A stretch of DNA of 61,146 bases, filler included. It is 9 parts of 9 records of this genome, joined end to end, with 100 filler letters (N's around TTAATTAATTAA, not from the genome) between each part and the next. Parts side by side here need not be neighbours in the genome. Positions count along the whole stretch, not along the records: positions 35,608 to 44,244 come from SRR31156797_45456; positions 44,345 to 49,639 come from SRR31156797_45461; 7 more parts are not named here. One strand, given 5' to 3'. Both the position numbers and the translations under genes were made by a program. Below the pieces are notes generated by a model that saw only the letters and a list, made by a program, of their open reading frames with translations, searched no databases and was not told the DNA's origin. Shown here piece by piece: positions 38,762-49,739 of this stretch (positions are counted from its first letter, which is position 1; each line of letters starts with the position of its first letter).

Positions 38762-40069
38762 ATGGTCATGATGATGGGACGCCTTGTCATTGGTTGGGTG
38801 ATGGTGGCAGGTTTCATGCTTGCGGTGGCGGCCGGTCCCGTCCCGGCCCGGGAGGGCGGGGTGATTACCCTGGGGCAGGCCGTGGCCCTTGCCCTCAAGC
38901 ACAATCCTGAACTGAAGCAGGCGGCCGGACAGACCCGGTATGCGGCCTTTGCCGTTGAGAAGAGTGAAGACGCGTTTTTGCCGGTCGTCACTGGGGATGC
39001 CTCCTTTTCCCAGCGGTCCGCAAAAAATTCTCCCCATCCCCGGCAGGCGTACGGCAACCTGGGGGCGACCATCGATTCCCGGGTGAACCTGTACAGGGGA
39101 TTTGCCGACACGGCTGCCCTTGAAGAGAGCCGTCTGACCCTTGCATCCCATATGGAAACCCGGAACAGAAAGGAGCAAACCGTGGTGTTTGATACCGTGT
39201 CCGCCTATCTTGACGCTGTGTTGAAACAGGAGCGCATCGGGGTGGCGGAGCAGAACCTTACCCAACACCGTCTGTTGCTGGAACAGATCAGGGCTTTTGT
39301 CGCGGCGGGAACCCGGCCGGTCACCGACCTTTACCAGCAACAGGCGGAAATGGAGGATTCCCGTTTCAATCTCCTGGACGCCCGTAAAGCGTTCAGAGTG
39401 AGCAAGATGCGGCTCCTGGAGACCATGGGTACCCCCGGGGAGGTCCGGTTCTTTGTGAGGGTGCCGGATGACGCCCTGTTTTCCGCGGATCCGGATGAAG
39501 GGATCCTGTTTGACCGGGCCGACCTCAGGGCCCAGGAACACCGGATGCTTGCGGCGGACCAGCAGATTGTCCAGGCAAGGGCGGGACTTCGCCCTGTGGT
39601 GGATCTTTTTTTAACGGCCGGGTCGGCCTATTCCGGCCTGGACGAGGGAAGCGTGGCGGAGCAGATGGAGGCGTTCTCCGCCAGCATCGGCATTGCGGTG
39701 GCCATTCCCATCTTTGATCGTCACCTGACCCGGCACACCCTTGCCCAGTCCGGGATCACCCGGGAGATTGAAGCCCTGGAACTTGAGCGCCGTCAAAACC
39801 GGGTGCGGACGGAGGTGGGGGAGGCGGCCGAGAATTATCGGACCACCCTTGCCCAGGAACGGGTGGCCAGGGCGCGGTTAGCCCATGCCGCAAAGGCCCT
39901 GGAGAGCGTTGAGCAGCGGTACATGGTCGGGGCGGCCACCCTGACCGAGCTGACCCGGGCCCGGGCCACCCATGTGGAAGCAAGTTACGGCGCCCTTGGG
40001 GCGAACATCAACCGGATGATCCAGGCCGCGGCCCTGGAATATGCAAGGGGAAGAGGGTTTCAACCATGA
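38762..40069 (+). CDS. TolC family outer-membrane efflux protein
   Basis: ITLGQAVALALKHNP, IPIFD and RYMVGAATLTEL repeats. Confidence 0.9.
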   Translation: MVMMMGRLVIGWVMVAGFMLAVAAGPVPAREGGVITLGQAVALALKHNPELKQAAGQTRYAAFAVEKSEDAFLPVVTGDASFSQRSAKNSPHPRQAYGNLGATIDSRVNLYRGFADTAALEESRLTLASHMETRNRKEQTVVFDTVSAYLDAVLKQERIGVAEQNLTQHRLLLEQIRAFVAAGTRPVTDLYQQQAEMEDSRFNLLDARKAFRVSKMRLLETMGTPGEVRFFVRVPDDALFSADPDEGILFDRADLRAQEHRMLAADQQIVQARAGLRPVVDLFLTAGSAYSGLDEGSVAEQMEAFSASIGIAVAIPIFDRHLTRHTLAQSGITREIEALELERRQNRVRTEVGEAAENYRTTLAQERVARARLAHAAKALESVEQRYMVGAATLTELTRARATHVEASYGALGANINRMIQAAALEYARGRGFQP

Positions 40070-41241
40070 TCAAATCAATCCTTGTCCTGATAAAATGGGT
40101 CCTGATCGTTGCGGGCATGGTCTACCTTGTCTCCCTGGGGATGGAATTTTTTGCTTCCCGTCCGGGGAAAGGGAACCGGGCGCAGGATCAGTTCAAGACC
40201 GGGGTGATCACCCGGGGCACCCTTGAAAACCTGGTTTCCAGCACCGGCACCCTGGCCGCCGTGGGCACGGTCAATGTGGGCACCCAGGTGTCCGGCACCA
40301 TCGAGCAGGTGCTGGCCGATTTCAATGACGAGGTGAAACAGGACCAGGTCCTGGCCCGGCTGGACCTGGCCCTGTTCCAGGCCAGCGTCATGGAGGCAAG
40401 GGCCCGGGAGGTCCAGGCCCGGGCGACCCTGGCAAGGGCCCGGGCGGAATATGACCGCAACAGGCCCCTCATGGAGCAGGGCCATCTTTCCGCCCAGGAA
40501 TTTCTGATCATGGAAACCGATTACAAGACGGCCCAGGGGGTGCTCATGGCCGCCCGGGGGGGGCTGAAACGGGCCCGGGTCAACCTTGACAACGCCATTA
40601 TCCGGTCCCCCATCAACGGCAAGGTGATCGAGCGGAGCATCGAGGCCGGTCAGACCGTGGCGGCCAGCTACAGTACCCCCACCCTGTTTGTCATTGCCGA
40701 AGACCTTTCCAAGATGCAGATCGAGGCGGATGTGGACGAGAGCGATATCGGGCGGATCCGCAGGGACCAGGAGGTGCGGTTCACGGTGCAGACCTTCCCG
40801 GACCGGGTGTTCGGGGGCCGGGTTTCCCAGATTCGGCTCAACCCGGTCGTGGTTTCCAATGTGGTCACCTACACCGTGGTGGTGGCTGCGTCCAATGATC
40901 AGGGCCTGCTGTTGCCCGGCATGACGGCCACGGTGGATTTTGTGGTGGAGCGGGTGGCGGATGTGCTCCTCGCCCCTGCCGCGGCGTTGAATTTCAGGCC
41001 CGCAGGCGGCAACGGTTCCACGGCGTCAACCGGGAACGCCCTGTTTATTTCGGATGATGGGGGGGCGCCCCGGCGTGTTCCGGTGACCCCGGGTGTTTCC
41101 AACGGTACCCTGACCGAGATCCGGGGGCCGGGGGTGGCCGAGGGCTTGGTGGTCCTGGTGGGGATCAACCGGGTAAAGGGGGAGGCGAAAAGAGGGTTTT
41201 TCATGCGGCTCCTGGGCAGGCGTCCCCCCAAAAAGCGGTAG
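40066..41241 (+). CDS. Periplasmic adaptor subunit (MacA-like)
   Basis: VGTQVSG, IRSPINGKVI, GQTVAAS..PTLF and DVDESDIG. Confidence 0.9.
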   Translation: MIKSILVLIKWVLIVAGMVYLVSLGMEFFASRPGKGNRAQDQFKTGVITRGTLENLVSSTGTLAAVGTVNVGTQVSGTIEQVLADFNDEVKQDQVLARLDLALFQASVMEARAREVQARATLARARAEYDRNRPLMEQGHLSAQEFLIMETDYKTAQGVLMAARGGLKRARVNLDNAIIRSPINGKVIERSIEAGQTVAASYSTPTLFVIAEDLSKMQIEADVDESDIGRIRRDQEVRFTVQTFPDRVFGGRVSQIRLNPVVVSNVVTYTVVVAASNDQGLLLPGMTATVDFVVERVADVLLAPAAALNFRPAGGNGSTASTGNALFISDDGGAPRRVPVTPGVSNGTLTEIRGPGVAEGLVVLVGINRVKGEAKRGFFMRLLGRRPPKKR

Positions 41242-41271
41242 GAGGCATTGCCCCGGGCAATGCAACAAGTT

Positions 41272-41300
41272 CCCCCGGTCTTTCGGATGGAGACCGGGGG
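41272..41300. terminator. Hairpin between convergent genes
   Basis: CCCCCGGTCT...AGACCGGGGG stem; a second hairpin GCATTGC...GCAATGC at about 41245-41263. Confidence 0.55.
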
Positions 41301-41334
41301 GATGGTGGTCGGGAGTCTGCGGGCAATCCAGGCG

Positions 41335-42975
41335 TTACCAGGACAGGGTGTCCGGATCGGTTACGTCATTTTCGGGCGTCGTGGCCACGGTGGTTGAAGC
41401 CGGGGGAAGGATCTTCTTTTCCACCCAGTCAACGAGATAGTCAAAACTTCTCTGGGCATAGGCCTGCATGGGGGTGAGTTCCTTCGCCGCGTTCTCGTCC
41501 CCGGCCTGGCCGTTGAAATCATAATCCAGGCCGCCGTCGGCATGGGCGTCAACGTGCCCTGCGTTTTCGATGAGGTAGAGCCGGTGAAGGTCGTCATTGC
41601 CGGAGGTTTTCACGGCATTGCGATAGGCAGTCCCGTTGAAGAATGTGCCAAGCAGGCCGTCCGCCGTGCCGTGGAGGCTGATCATGGGAACGGAGAATTC
41701 GCCGGTATTGGCATTCTTCAGGGCGTATTCAATGCTCTCTTCGGTCCAGTTCCCCTTGTCGGAGGCGGCCAGCCAGGCGTAGACGGGCGGTTCCTCGTTC
41801 GGGGCGGCGGGATCGCTGTAGCAGCTGTAAGCCGTGGCCGCAGCGGCATCGTTCCCCCGAAGCTCGGCCCGGTAGACATGGGAGATGAGGTTGTAATACC
41901 CCACGCCTTTAAAAATTTCATAGTTGGGGATGGTCTTGTAAGCGTCCGAGATGGTGTTGTAGGCCCCCCAGAAAATTGCAGAATCCAGGGAGAAACCACC
42001 GACTGTCATGCCATCCCAGGCATCGGCGTACCGGGGGATACTGTTATACTGGGTGGCCGTGATGCTGGTGGCCGTGGGGTAGGCCCAGCCCATTGCCAGG
42101 GTGGCCCTGTCAATTGCCGGAACCAGGGCTGTGGATGTCCCATATTCTGCAGGGGACACCTGGCCGTCCTTGTCCGTGTCCAGAACCCTTTTATCCGGAC
42201 AATAGGTGCCGGACCAGTCAAGGCCGCCGTCAAAGAGTCTATCCGCGCCATTGTTCACCGCTTCGTGGTCCAGCTCCAGGGCCCGGCGGACCTGGTAGCC
42301 GCCGTTTGAAAGCCCCATGGCGTAGGTGCGGACAAGCACCCGGACCTGGGACGCTATAAGGCGTTTCCGGGCCCAGGCCGCCATGTCCAGCATCATCATG
42401 CCCCAGTGCCGGGATGGATGGTGGCCACTGAGCATGTCAGCGATGCCGCCGGGGATGCCCTTATTGCCGCTGACAACGGCGAACCCCTTCTCCAGGAGCC
42501 AGGGGGCCAGGATGGCCCAATTGGCATACTCGTTCCGCAGCCCCGGGGTGCCGGCAACCACCAGGTCCCCGTTCCAGTTGTCCGGGACTTTGAGGGAGAT
42601 CTGCTGGACCCGGAGGTCCGAACCATCCTGGACCGTCAGGGTGCCGGTGGCTTCGTGGCCGGCGATGAGCTGCTCCGGGGTGAAGGCCGAGGCGTGGAGG
42701 GTGTTGGCCTTGATCTTTGTCACCTTGGCGGTCTCGCTCTCCGGAAGCGCCTTGTAAGCGTCGCTGTTCGTGGCCAGGGCTAAGTAGGTAATCTGGGCGA
42801 GGTCATCCCCCCTTTCCCCGGAATAGCGGATCAGATTTGAAGACGTGAGTCCTTCTGTCAAGAGACTGGGATTCTCATTGTAATCGTTGTCGTCGTCGTC
42901 ACAACTTGCCAAAATAAACACGGATAGCAAAAGGGCCATAATCAATGCAACCTTCACATGATGACGCTTTTTCAT
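41335..42975 (-). CDS. Lipoprotein alpha/beta hydrolase (tannase/3-hydroxybutyrate-oligomer hydrolase-like)
   Basis: Lipobox LASC, VPDNWNG, GLSNGG nucleophile, FDGGLDWSG, LHGTAD and NAGHVD. Confidence 0.75.
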   Translation of the reverse strand: MKKRHHVKVALIMALLLSVFILASCDDDDNDYNENPSLLTEGLTSSNLIRYSGERGDDLAQITYLALATNSDAYKALPESETAKVTKIKANTLHASAFTPEQLIAGHEATGTLTVQDGSDLRVQQISLKVPDNWNGDLVVAGTPGLRNEYANWAILAPWLLEKGFAVVSGNKGIPGGIADMLSGHHPSRHWGMMMLDMAAWARKRLIASQVRVLVRTYAMGLSNGGYQVRRALELDHEAVNNGADRLFDGGLDWSGTYCPDKRVLDTDKDGQVSPAEYGTSTALVPAIDRATLAMGWAYPTATSITATQYNSIPRYADAWDGMTVGGFSLDSAIFWGAYNTISDAYKTIPNYEIFKGVGYYNLISHVYRAELRGNDAAAATAYSCYSDPAAPNEEPPVYAWLAASDKGNWTEESIEYALKNANTGEFSVPMISLHGTADGLLGTFFNGTAYRNAVKTSGNDDLHRLYLIENAGHVDAHADGGLDYDFNGQAGDENAAKELTPMQAYAQRSFDYLVDWVEKKILPPASTTVATTPENDVTDPDTLSW

Positions 42976-43317
42976 CAGGAATCCTCCTGTTTATAAGGTT
43001 TGATGCTGCTGAAACGGAAACGATCTTCCCTTGCGATAAGGAAAAAACGCCGGGGAAGAGGGGAATGACTTGCTGATCCTCCGGGGCAAAGAGGGGCGAT
43101 GGCTTACGACCGTCTGCCTGATTCGGCAAACCGGATACCATCGGTTCTTTTTAAGCCATATTTGTAACTTTAAATGATTGATGGTTTCTTTTCAATCGTT
43201 TTTTCGTCGGTTTGCGAAAGTACGCCCAAGGAATAACCTGTGTCGCGGTTGACAAGGGGGGGCATTCATAGGAAAAGAGGGTATGAGCCGGGCGTTTCCC
43301 GGGAAAGCGGTAATGAT

Positions 43318-44037
43318 ATGAAAATCATCGAGCTGACGGACGTGTCAAAGACCTTTGTGCTGGGAGATTCCCCGGTCAAGGCCCTGGACCGGGTGACCCT
43401 GATCATCCGCCGGGGAGAGTTCGTGGCGGTCATGGGCTCTTCGGGATCGGGAAAGTCCACCCTCATGAATGTGATGGGCTGCCTGGACCGGGCCGACAGC
43501 GGCGAGTATCTCCTGGAAGGGGTCAATGTGAGCCGCATGGACAGGGACCGGCTGGCCCATGTTCGGAACCGGCGGATCGGGTTTGTGTTCCAGGGATTTA
43601 ACCTGCTGCCGCGGACATCGGCCCTTGAAAACGTGGAGCTGCCTCTGCTTTACTCACCCCTGGGCCTGGGCAGGGAATCCCGGCGACGGGCCGTTGAGGC
43701 CCTGACCATCGTGGGGCTTGCGTCACGGCTTGACCATGAGCCCAGCCAGCTCTCCGGGGGCCAGCAGCAGCGGGTCGCCATTGCCAGGGCCCTGGTCAAC
43801 GATCCGGCCATCATCCTGGCGGACGAGCCCACGGGCAACCTGGACTCCGCCACCACCCTGGAGGTGATTACCTTGTTTCAACGGCTCAATCAACGGGGAA
43901 TCACCATTGTCCTTGTGACCCACGAAGCCGAGATGGCCCGGTTCGCCAACCGGATCGTCGAGCTGAAGGACGGCCGCATCATCCGGGACAGTGGGGGGAG
44001 CGCCCCTCCGGGTAGGGGGGAGGAGGGCTTGCCGTGA
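43318..44037 (+). CDS. ABC transporter ATP-binding protein (MacB/LolD-like)
   Basis: [24 protein letters not shown] and ADEPTGNLD. Confidence 0.95.
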   Translation: MKIIELTDVSKTFVLGDSPVKALDRVTLIIRRGEFVAVMGSSGSGKSTLMNVMGCLDRADSGEYLLEGVNVSRMDRDRLAHVRNRRIGFVFQGFNLLPRTSALENVELPLLYSPLGLGRESRRRAVEALTIVGLASRLDHEPSQLSGGQQQRVAIARALVNDPAIILADEPTGNLDSATTLEVITLFQRLNQRGITIVLVTHEAEMARFANRIVELKDGRIIRDSGGSAPPGRGEEGLP

Positions 44038-44244
44038 AATGGCTCAAATTCGTCAGGGTCGCCCTGAAAAGCATTGCAAAGAACCGGTTGCGGAGCTTGT
44101 TGACCATGCTGGGCATCATCATCGGGGTGGGCTCGGTGATCTGTCTTATCTCCCTTGGTAAGGGCTCCCAGGCGGATATCCGGCGCCAGGTGGATTCCAT
44201 GGGCACCAATCTTCTCATCATCCGTTCGGGCAGCGCCTCCAGGA
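44034..44244 (+). CDS. MacB-type ABC permease, 3'-truncated
   Basis: NRLRSLLTMLGIIIGVGSVI...MGTNLL. Confidence 0.85.
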
Positions 44245-44344
44245 NNNNNNNNNNNNNNNNNNNNNNNNNNNNNNNNNNNNNNNNNNNNTTAATTAATTAA
44301 NNNNNNNNNNNNNNNNNNNNNNNNNNNNNNNNNNNNNNNNNNNN

Positions 44345-45513
44345 CGGGTAGAGGAGGACTCGGGGCCGTTATGGGCAGCAAGGGACTCAAGGCCATTGTT
44401 GTAGACCGCAACGGCAAGACTCCGGACGAACTAGCCGATCCCGCGGGATTCAAGGAAGCGGCCAAGGCGTTGGCCGAAGCCATACAGAGTAACGGTTTTA
44501 CCGGCGTAATGCTCCCTTCCATGGGCACGGCGGCGCTCGTTTCGGTTGTTAACGGCATGGGGGCTTTTCCGAGCTATAATGCAACCAAGGGCGCGCTTGA
44601 AGGTTCCGAAAACATAAGTGGCGAAACCCTGGCCAAGACCTGTCAGGAAAGAGGCGGCCAAGTAGGCCACCAGGGTTGTTCCCAATGCATTATCAGGTGC
44701 TCGAACGTGTACGTGGATAAAAAAGGCGAGTATGTCACTGGTTCGCTTGAATATGAAACGTTGTGGTCCATGGGCGGCATGACCGGAATTAATGATCTGG
44801 ATGCAGTGGCCAGATTGGACTTTTTATGCGACGATATCGGATTGGACACCATGAACACGGGTGCGGCCATTGGTGTGGCCATGGATTGCGGTAAAAGTGA
44901 ATTTGGAGACGGCGCCGCGGCTGAAGGAATGTTGGAGGAAATAGCGGCCGGCACTGCCTTCGGCAGCCTGCTTGGCAACGGACCTGAAGCAGTCGGTACT
45001 AGTTTCAATCATTCACGGATTCCGGTGGTTAAAGGTCAGAGTATTGCGGCGTACGACCCAAGGGGCATGCCGGCCAACGGAGTCACTTATGCCACGTCGC
45101 CCATGGGCGCCGATCATACCGCCGGCAACCTGGTGGGCTCGTACCTGGCCGGCGCCCTGGACCCAAGCGACGGCAAAGCACAGGTCCAGGCATCCAGGGA
45201 GGCCCAAATCAGCATGGCCGGTCTTGATTGCACCGGCTTGTGCCTGCTGGCCGGCAGCGCTCTCGGAACGCCCGAAGCCGGCGCCGCCTTTGTCAAAATG
45301 CTCAGCATCAGGCTTGGAGTGGAACTGGGGCCGGATGCAATGAATGAAATGGGTGTAAGGACACTCAAGGCTGAAATAGAATTCAATAAAAAGGCGGGCT
45401 TTACCAGCAAAGACGATCGCCTGCCCGAATTCTTCAAGGAAGAGGCCCTGCCTCCCGGCAACAGCAAATTTTCAATAAACGATGAAGATCTGGATGGAGT
45501 CTTTAATTTCTGA
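44345..45513 (+). CDS. Aldehyde:ferredoxin oxidoreductase (tungsten AOR family), 5'-truncated
   Basis: GRGGLGAVMGSKGLKAI, GCSQCIIRC, EYET, CDDIGLDTM, YDPRG, SPMGADH and DDRLPEFF. Confidence 0.92.
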
Positions 45514-45526
45514 TCCGATTTATATC

Positions 45527-45553
45527 AGGCGCCGTGGTTTTACCATGGCGCCT
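45527..45553 (+). terminator. Putative terminator hairpin after the AOR gene
   Basis: AGGCGCCGTGGT-TTT-ACCATGGCGCCT. Confidence 0.5.
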
Positions 45554-45599
45554 CCCCTACCCTGCTTAACCGGCATGGCAAAACATCCTGCAACGCAAA

Positions 45600-46205
45600 A
45601 TGAAAGTTCCTTTTTTTCTGGCCATAACAGGCAAGTCAGGCTCCGGGAAGAGTCTGCTGGCTAACACCCTGCACGAAACGCTGCCCTTAAACCACGCACA
45701 GGTGTTTACAATCGACAGTTATTACCATGATCTTTCCTATTTGGCCCCACCGGATAGATACACAGTCAATTTCGATGTTCCGGAAGCAATCGACTGGGAG
45801 CTTCTCACCGGGCAACTGAAGGAATTAAAGCAGGGGCAAAGAGTACATAAACCTGTTTATGATTTCAGTATTCACTGCCGGTCAAAGAAAACAGATCCGG
45901 TCGATCCATGCAATGTTTTAATTATTGAAGGATTGTTTTCACTGGAAAAAAGAATCAGAGATTTTATGGATGCCAAGATATTTTTGGAGGCGCCGGACGG
46001 TTTGGCCCTTGAAAGACGCATAAAAAGGGATCAAATTGAGCGAGGCAGAAATAGAGGGGATATCCGGAGGCAGTTTTGGAACCAGGTGGCGCCGGCTTAT
46101 GAAAAGTATATTAAACCCTGTAGGGGATACGCCGACCTGGTATTAGACGGCGGTGCGCCGATCGAGACGTCTGTTGCAAAAATTATTGACTTCTTTTCCC
46201 TATAA
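45600..46205 (+). CDS. udk: Uridine kinase
   Basis: ITGKSGSGKS, DSYYHDLS, NFDVPEAID, PVYDF, IIEG and RRIKRD..ERGR. Confidence 0.85.
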   Translation: MKVPFFLAITGKSGSGKSLLANTLHETLPLNHAQVFTIDSYYHDLSYLAPPDRYTVNFDVPEAIDWELLTGQLKELKQGQRVHKPVYDFSIHCRSKKTDPVDPCNVLIIEGLFSLEKRIRDFMDAKIFLEAPDGLALERRIKRDQIERGRNRGDIRRQFWNQVAPAYEKYIKPCRGYADLVLDGGAPIETSVAKIIDFFSL

Positions 46206-46387
46206 CGACCAAGCCTTGGCTTTTGGCTTAATAGCGGAAACAAACCTTATTCTTACTGCGAAACCAATGCTGATGATTCTGTCCTTAATCCATCTTTCAT
46301 TCTATTCCCGACTGTTTTTTTGTAAAATCCTTAAGTGATGATATCCTTATTATTAATATGAGGCCGCCTGGCGTGAGGAGGTAGACG

Positions 46388-47551
46388 ATGAGCGTGGACA
46401 AAGAGAATACTGACGGCAAATGCGGGCTCATATATCCTCAATCCCTGCTTACAGACATGTCTTTATTTGAAAATATTATCGCTTCCATGAGCGAAGGCGT
46501 GATGTTTATCAACCGTTTGGGGGAAATTGTCCTGGTTAACAAAGCCATGTGCGGAATTCTGGGCATGCCGGCGGACAGGGTAAGAAGCAGCGGATGGGCT
46601 GAACTTTTTTATGGAGACCCCGGGAACGATGAATTCAATCAATTGATTATAGATGTAATCGACCAGAAATTGGAGCACTGCCACCGCCAGGTTAAGTATA
46701 CTGAGCCTTCGGGTCGCCAAAAAGAGTTGGTAGTGACGTCCGCATATATGGCCTCGACGGACGACGAAGATCGAAAGAGCGGAGGCGTACTGTTTGTTTT
46801 ACACGACATCACGGAATTTGTTCAACTGCAGAAAAGGGAAAAAGAGTTACTGCTGAAAAGCCAGCAGTATTTAAAAGACAAGATAGAGAGCCTGGATATT
46901 CTCGCCCGAGCCGTGGCCCACCAGATTAGAAACCCAATCGTAGTTATCGGGGGACTGGCTAAAAGGCTTATGAGTCTTAGAAAAACAAGCGATCAGGAAA
47001 AGGAGTCCCTTAATTTTATTCTTTCCGGAGCCGTTCGGCTGGAAAAAATTGTCAAGCAGGTTCGCTGCTATGCGGATCTGCCTCCTCTTGACCTGATATC
47101 TGTTTCCCTTCCTGAATGGGCGGCTCGCAGCATCAATGATTACAAGGTGAAAGCCGTTAAGAAAGGAGTAAATCTGCTTATTGATGCGGAAAGCGCAAAA
47201 GAAGAAGAACTTATGGCTGCAATCGATGAAAAGCAGTTTCTTACGGCGGTTGCGGCGATATTGGATAATGCATTTGAAGCCATGCCTGACGGCGGCGATC
47301 TTGTTATCGGTTTTTCCGCTGATTTCGATACTGTGAAATTAATAATTACCGATTCCGGAAGTGGAGTCGAATCATCAGACCTTCCCCATTTGTTCGATCC
47401 CTTTTTTACAACAAAGGCTGACGCCGTCGGCATGAATCTGGCCATTGCCAAGAGAATCATATCGGAGCACCATGGTGAAATCACCGTATCAAGCCATCCC
47501 GGCCAAGGGGCGTCTTTTGCATTGTCAATACCCCGAATCCAGGGAATTTGA
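46388..47551 (+). CDS. PAS-domain sensor histidine kinase
   Basis: PAS domain, H-box AHQIRNP, NAFEAM, DSGSG and FDPFFTTK. Confidence 0.9.
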   Translation: MSVDKENTDGKCGLIYPQSLLTDMSLFENIIASMSEGVMFINRLGEIVLVNKAMCGILGMPADRVRSSGWAELFYGDPGNDEFNQLIIDVIDQKLEHCHRQVKYTEPSGRQKELVVTSAYMASTDDEDRKSGGVLFVLHDITEFVQLQKREKELLLKSQQYLKDKIESLDILARAVAHQIRNPIVVIGGLAKRLMSLRKTSDQEKESLNFILSGAVRLEKIVKQVRCYADLPPLDLISVSLPEWAARSINDYKVKAVKKGVNLLIDAESAKEEELMAAIDEKQFLTAVAAILDNAFEAMPDGGDLVIGFSADFDTVKLIITDSGSGVESSDLPHLFDPFFTTKADAVGMNLAIAKRIISEHHGEITVSSHPGQGASFALSIPRIQGI

Positions 47552-47670
47552 GGATGAAGCTTCCAGCGGTAAGCTACTGAGCAGGCCGTTCGAAAGTCGT
47601 ATCAAGCTTCGGCGAATTAAACAGCCATTGGGGGATTTAAATTCCTTTTTGGGAAGGATGAGGTTTCGGA

Positions 47671-49545
47671 ATGTCTTCTTACTTAAAAGTACTGCTTATT
47701 GATGCATCCACGGGTTTTTACCGTATAAAACGGTACCGTGTGGGAGATTTTTTCGGCCCGGTCGACCTTGGTCTGCATATTTCGGCGAAGCATGGCAGTT
47801 TAAATATAGGGACGGGCCTTTTGGCCGGATCCATATTTCCCGGTTCGAACAGGTTGATATTCAATGGATTTTCGCCTTGCTGGAGAGGGTTCTATATTTC
47901 ATCCATGGGAGGCGCCGGCCTGGTTTTCGACAACCTGGGGATTAACCTGATATCAATTATCGGCAAGTCCCCGACGCCTGGCATACTATATTTAAACAGG
48001 GTTCATGGAGAAGAGATCGACCTGCAAATTATCCCCATGGATTTACATGGAGTCTGGCGTCAAGGGCGCGGGGGCGTGTATGCCGTAATGGAGCATGCTC
48101 TTGACCGCTTCGGCGAATCATATCATTCCGATCCAAGAATACTGGCTGTCGGCCCTGCATCCGAATCCACGGATTTCGGCGCAATCGCTTCGGCGCCGAT
48201 AAAAAAGGGAAAAATAACTTACGTGGATACCTGGGCCGGCCGCGGAGGCATGGGTTCAAAGCTATTGCAGGAGCATGGATTGGCCGCGGTGATTTACGGC
48301 GGAACCGGTGTGGAAGACGATTTTCTTGATAGAAAAGTAGCCGACCAGTGGTTTGAAAACAGGTATCAAAAAAAGTTAATGGCCAAGGATTTCGAGGCCA
48401 CGACCAAGTACAGGTTTGATCCCAAGTTCGGAACCGGCGGCACTTTCGGAGTTAATTACGCCACCCTGGGCGGGCGGATAATGGCTTTCAACTACCGGAC
48501 CATATACATGGACGAACAGGAGAGACTGGATATTCATGAAAAGCTTATAGTCAATCATTATTTGAAACAGTTTAACGAAGAAACAATTGAAACAAAGGCC
48601 TTCAAGCATTGCGGCGAACCTTGTCCGGCCGTATGCAAGAAAATGCATGGGGAGTATAAAAAAGATTACGAGCCTTACCAGACCATGGGGCCGATGTGTG
48701 GAATTTTTGATCAACGCGCAGCTGAAAACATTAACCATAAGGCGGATATGTACGGCTTTGACGCCATTTCTGCAGGGAACGTATTGTCCTGGTTAATGGA
48801 ATGTTTGCATGAAAGGCTTATAAAACCAGAAGAGTTGGGAGTGAAAGAATATCCGGTTTTTTCGCCGGCCGGTTTCAGCGTCCGGGAAGATTCGCGCCGT
48901 AATGCAGAGTTGGGCATGGGATTGCTGGATTCGATTGTGGAGAAGAGAGGACTTTTGGATCTTCAGCAAGGGGCGCGCAAACTGGCCAGGCGCCTGGCCA
49001 GGGAAAGAGGCAAAAAAGTTCTCGATCTGTTTGTTTACAATTCCAATGCCCGCAAAGGCTGGGTGACGCCGAATCAGTATTGGACTCCGGGGGCTATTTC
49101 TCCAATGGCCATAATGGGAAAATACTATATGGTTTACGGAAATGAATTTCATTCTCCCAGGGTATTAGGCCAAAAAAACGCTCAAAGGATGATCAAGGAG
49201 TTGATGCTGGACAATCTGGGTATTTGCCGTTTTCACAGAAAATGGGCTGAGGAAATGATTCCTGAAATAATGGATTCTCTTTTCGGCCTGAAAGACGCGT
49301 ACATTCAAAACGCCCTTATGACCGCCAGCAGAATTAATTCGAGAAATGCCGCCGTATTTTGGGAGTCCAGGCGAAACAATGATTTTTTACACACTTTTCT
49401 AAAAAGAAAAAGGGATGTTGAAGACGACAATAGTGCGGAGTTGTCCAAATGGCTGGACTATTTTGAGCGCGACCAGGATGAAGCCGCGCTTGATTTCTGG
49501 TTTGAAACATTGAAGGGAATAAATGAATCTTTACGGGAATTCTAG
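47671..49545 (+). CDS. AOR-family oxidoreductase of the GAPOR-like branch (glyceraldehyde-3-phosphate:ferredoxin oxidoreductase-like)
   Basis: AGSIFPGSNRL, SSMGGAG, KYRFDPKFGTGGTFG.NY, CGEPCPAVCKK, YEPY and DNLGICRFHR.W resemble motifs I recall from archaeal GAPOR. Confidence 0.75.
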   Translation: MSSYLKVLLIDASTGFYRIKRYRVGDFFGPVDLGLHISAKHGSLNIGTGLLAGSIFPGSNRLIFNGFSPCWRGFYISSMGGAGLVFDNLGINLISIIGKSPTPGILYLNRVHGEEIDLQIIPMDLHGVWRQGRGGVYAVMEHALDRFGESYHSDPRILAVGPASESTDFGAIASAPIKKGKITYVDTWAGRGGMGSKLLQEHGLAAVIYGGTGVEDDFLDRKVADQWFENRYQKKLMAKDFEATTKYRFDPKFGTGGTFGVNYATLGGRIMAFNYRTIYMDEQERLDIHEKLIVNHYLKQFNEETIETKAFKHCGEPCPAVCKKMHGEYKKDYEPYQTMGPMCGIFDQRAAENINHKADMYGFDAISAGNVLSWLMECLHERLIKPEELGVKEYPVFSPAGFSVREDSRRNAELGMGLLDSIVEKRGLLDLQQGARKLARRLARERGKKVLDLFVYNSNARKGWVTPNQYWTPGAISPMAIMGKYYMVYGNEFHSPRVLGQKNAQRMIKELMLDNLGICRFHRKWAEEMIPEIMDSLFGLKDAYIQNALMTASRINSRNAAVFWESRRNNDFLHTFLKRKRDVEDDNSAELSKWLDYFERDQDEAALDFWFETLKGINESLREF

Positions 49546-49589
49546 TGTCGTGTCTTAAAAGTATGATGTAAATTCGGACATGCGGTCTT

Positions 49590-49639
49590 GCAGGTTGGGT
49601 TAGCGAAGTGTAACCCAAAACCTTGAAATTGTTGGGTTA
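49590..49639 (+). repeat. REP-like palindromic element at the contig end
   Basis: GCAGG-TTGGGTTA-GCGAAGTG-TAACCCAA hairpin, followed by a second GTTGGGTTA copy at the break. Confidence 0.55.
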
Positions 49640-49739
49640 NNNNNNNNNNNNNNNNNNNNNNNNNNNNNNNNNNNNNNNNNNNNTTAATTAATTAANNNNN
49701 NNNNNNNNNNNNNNNNNNNNNNNNNNNNNNNNNNNNNNN

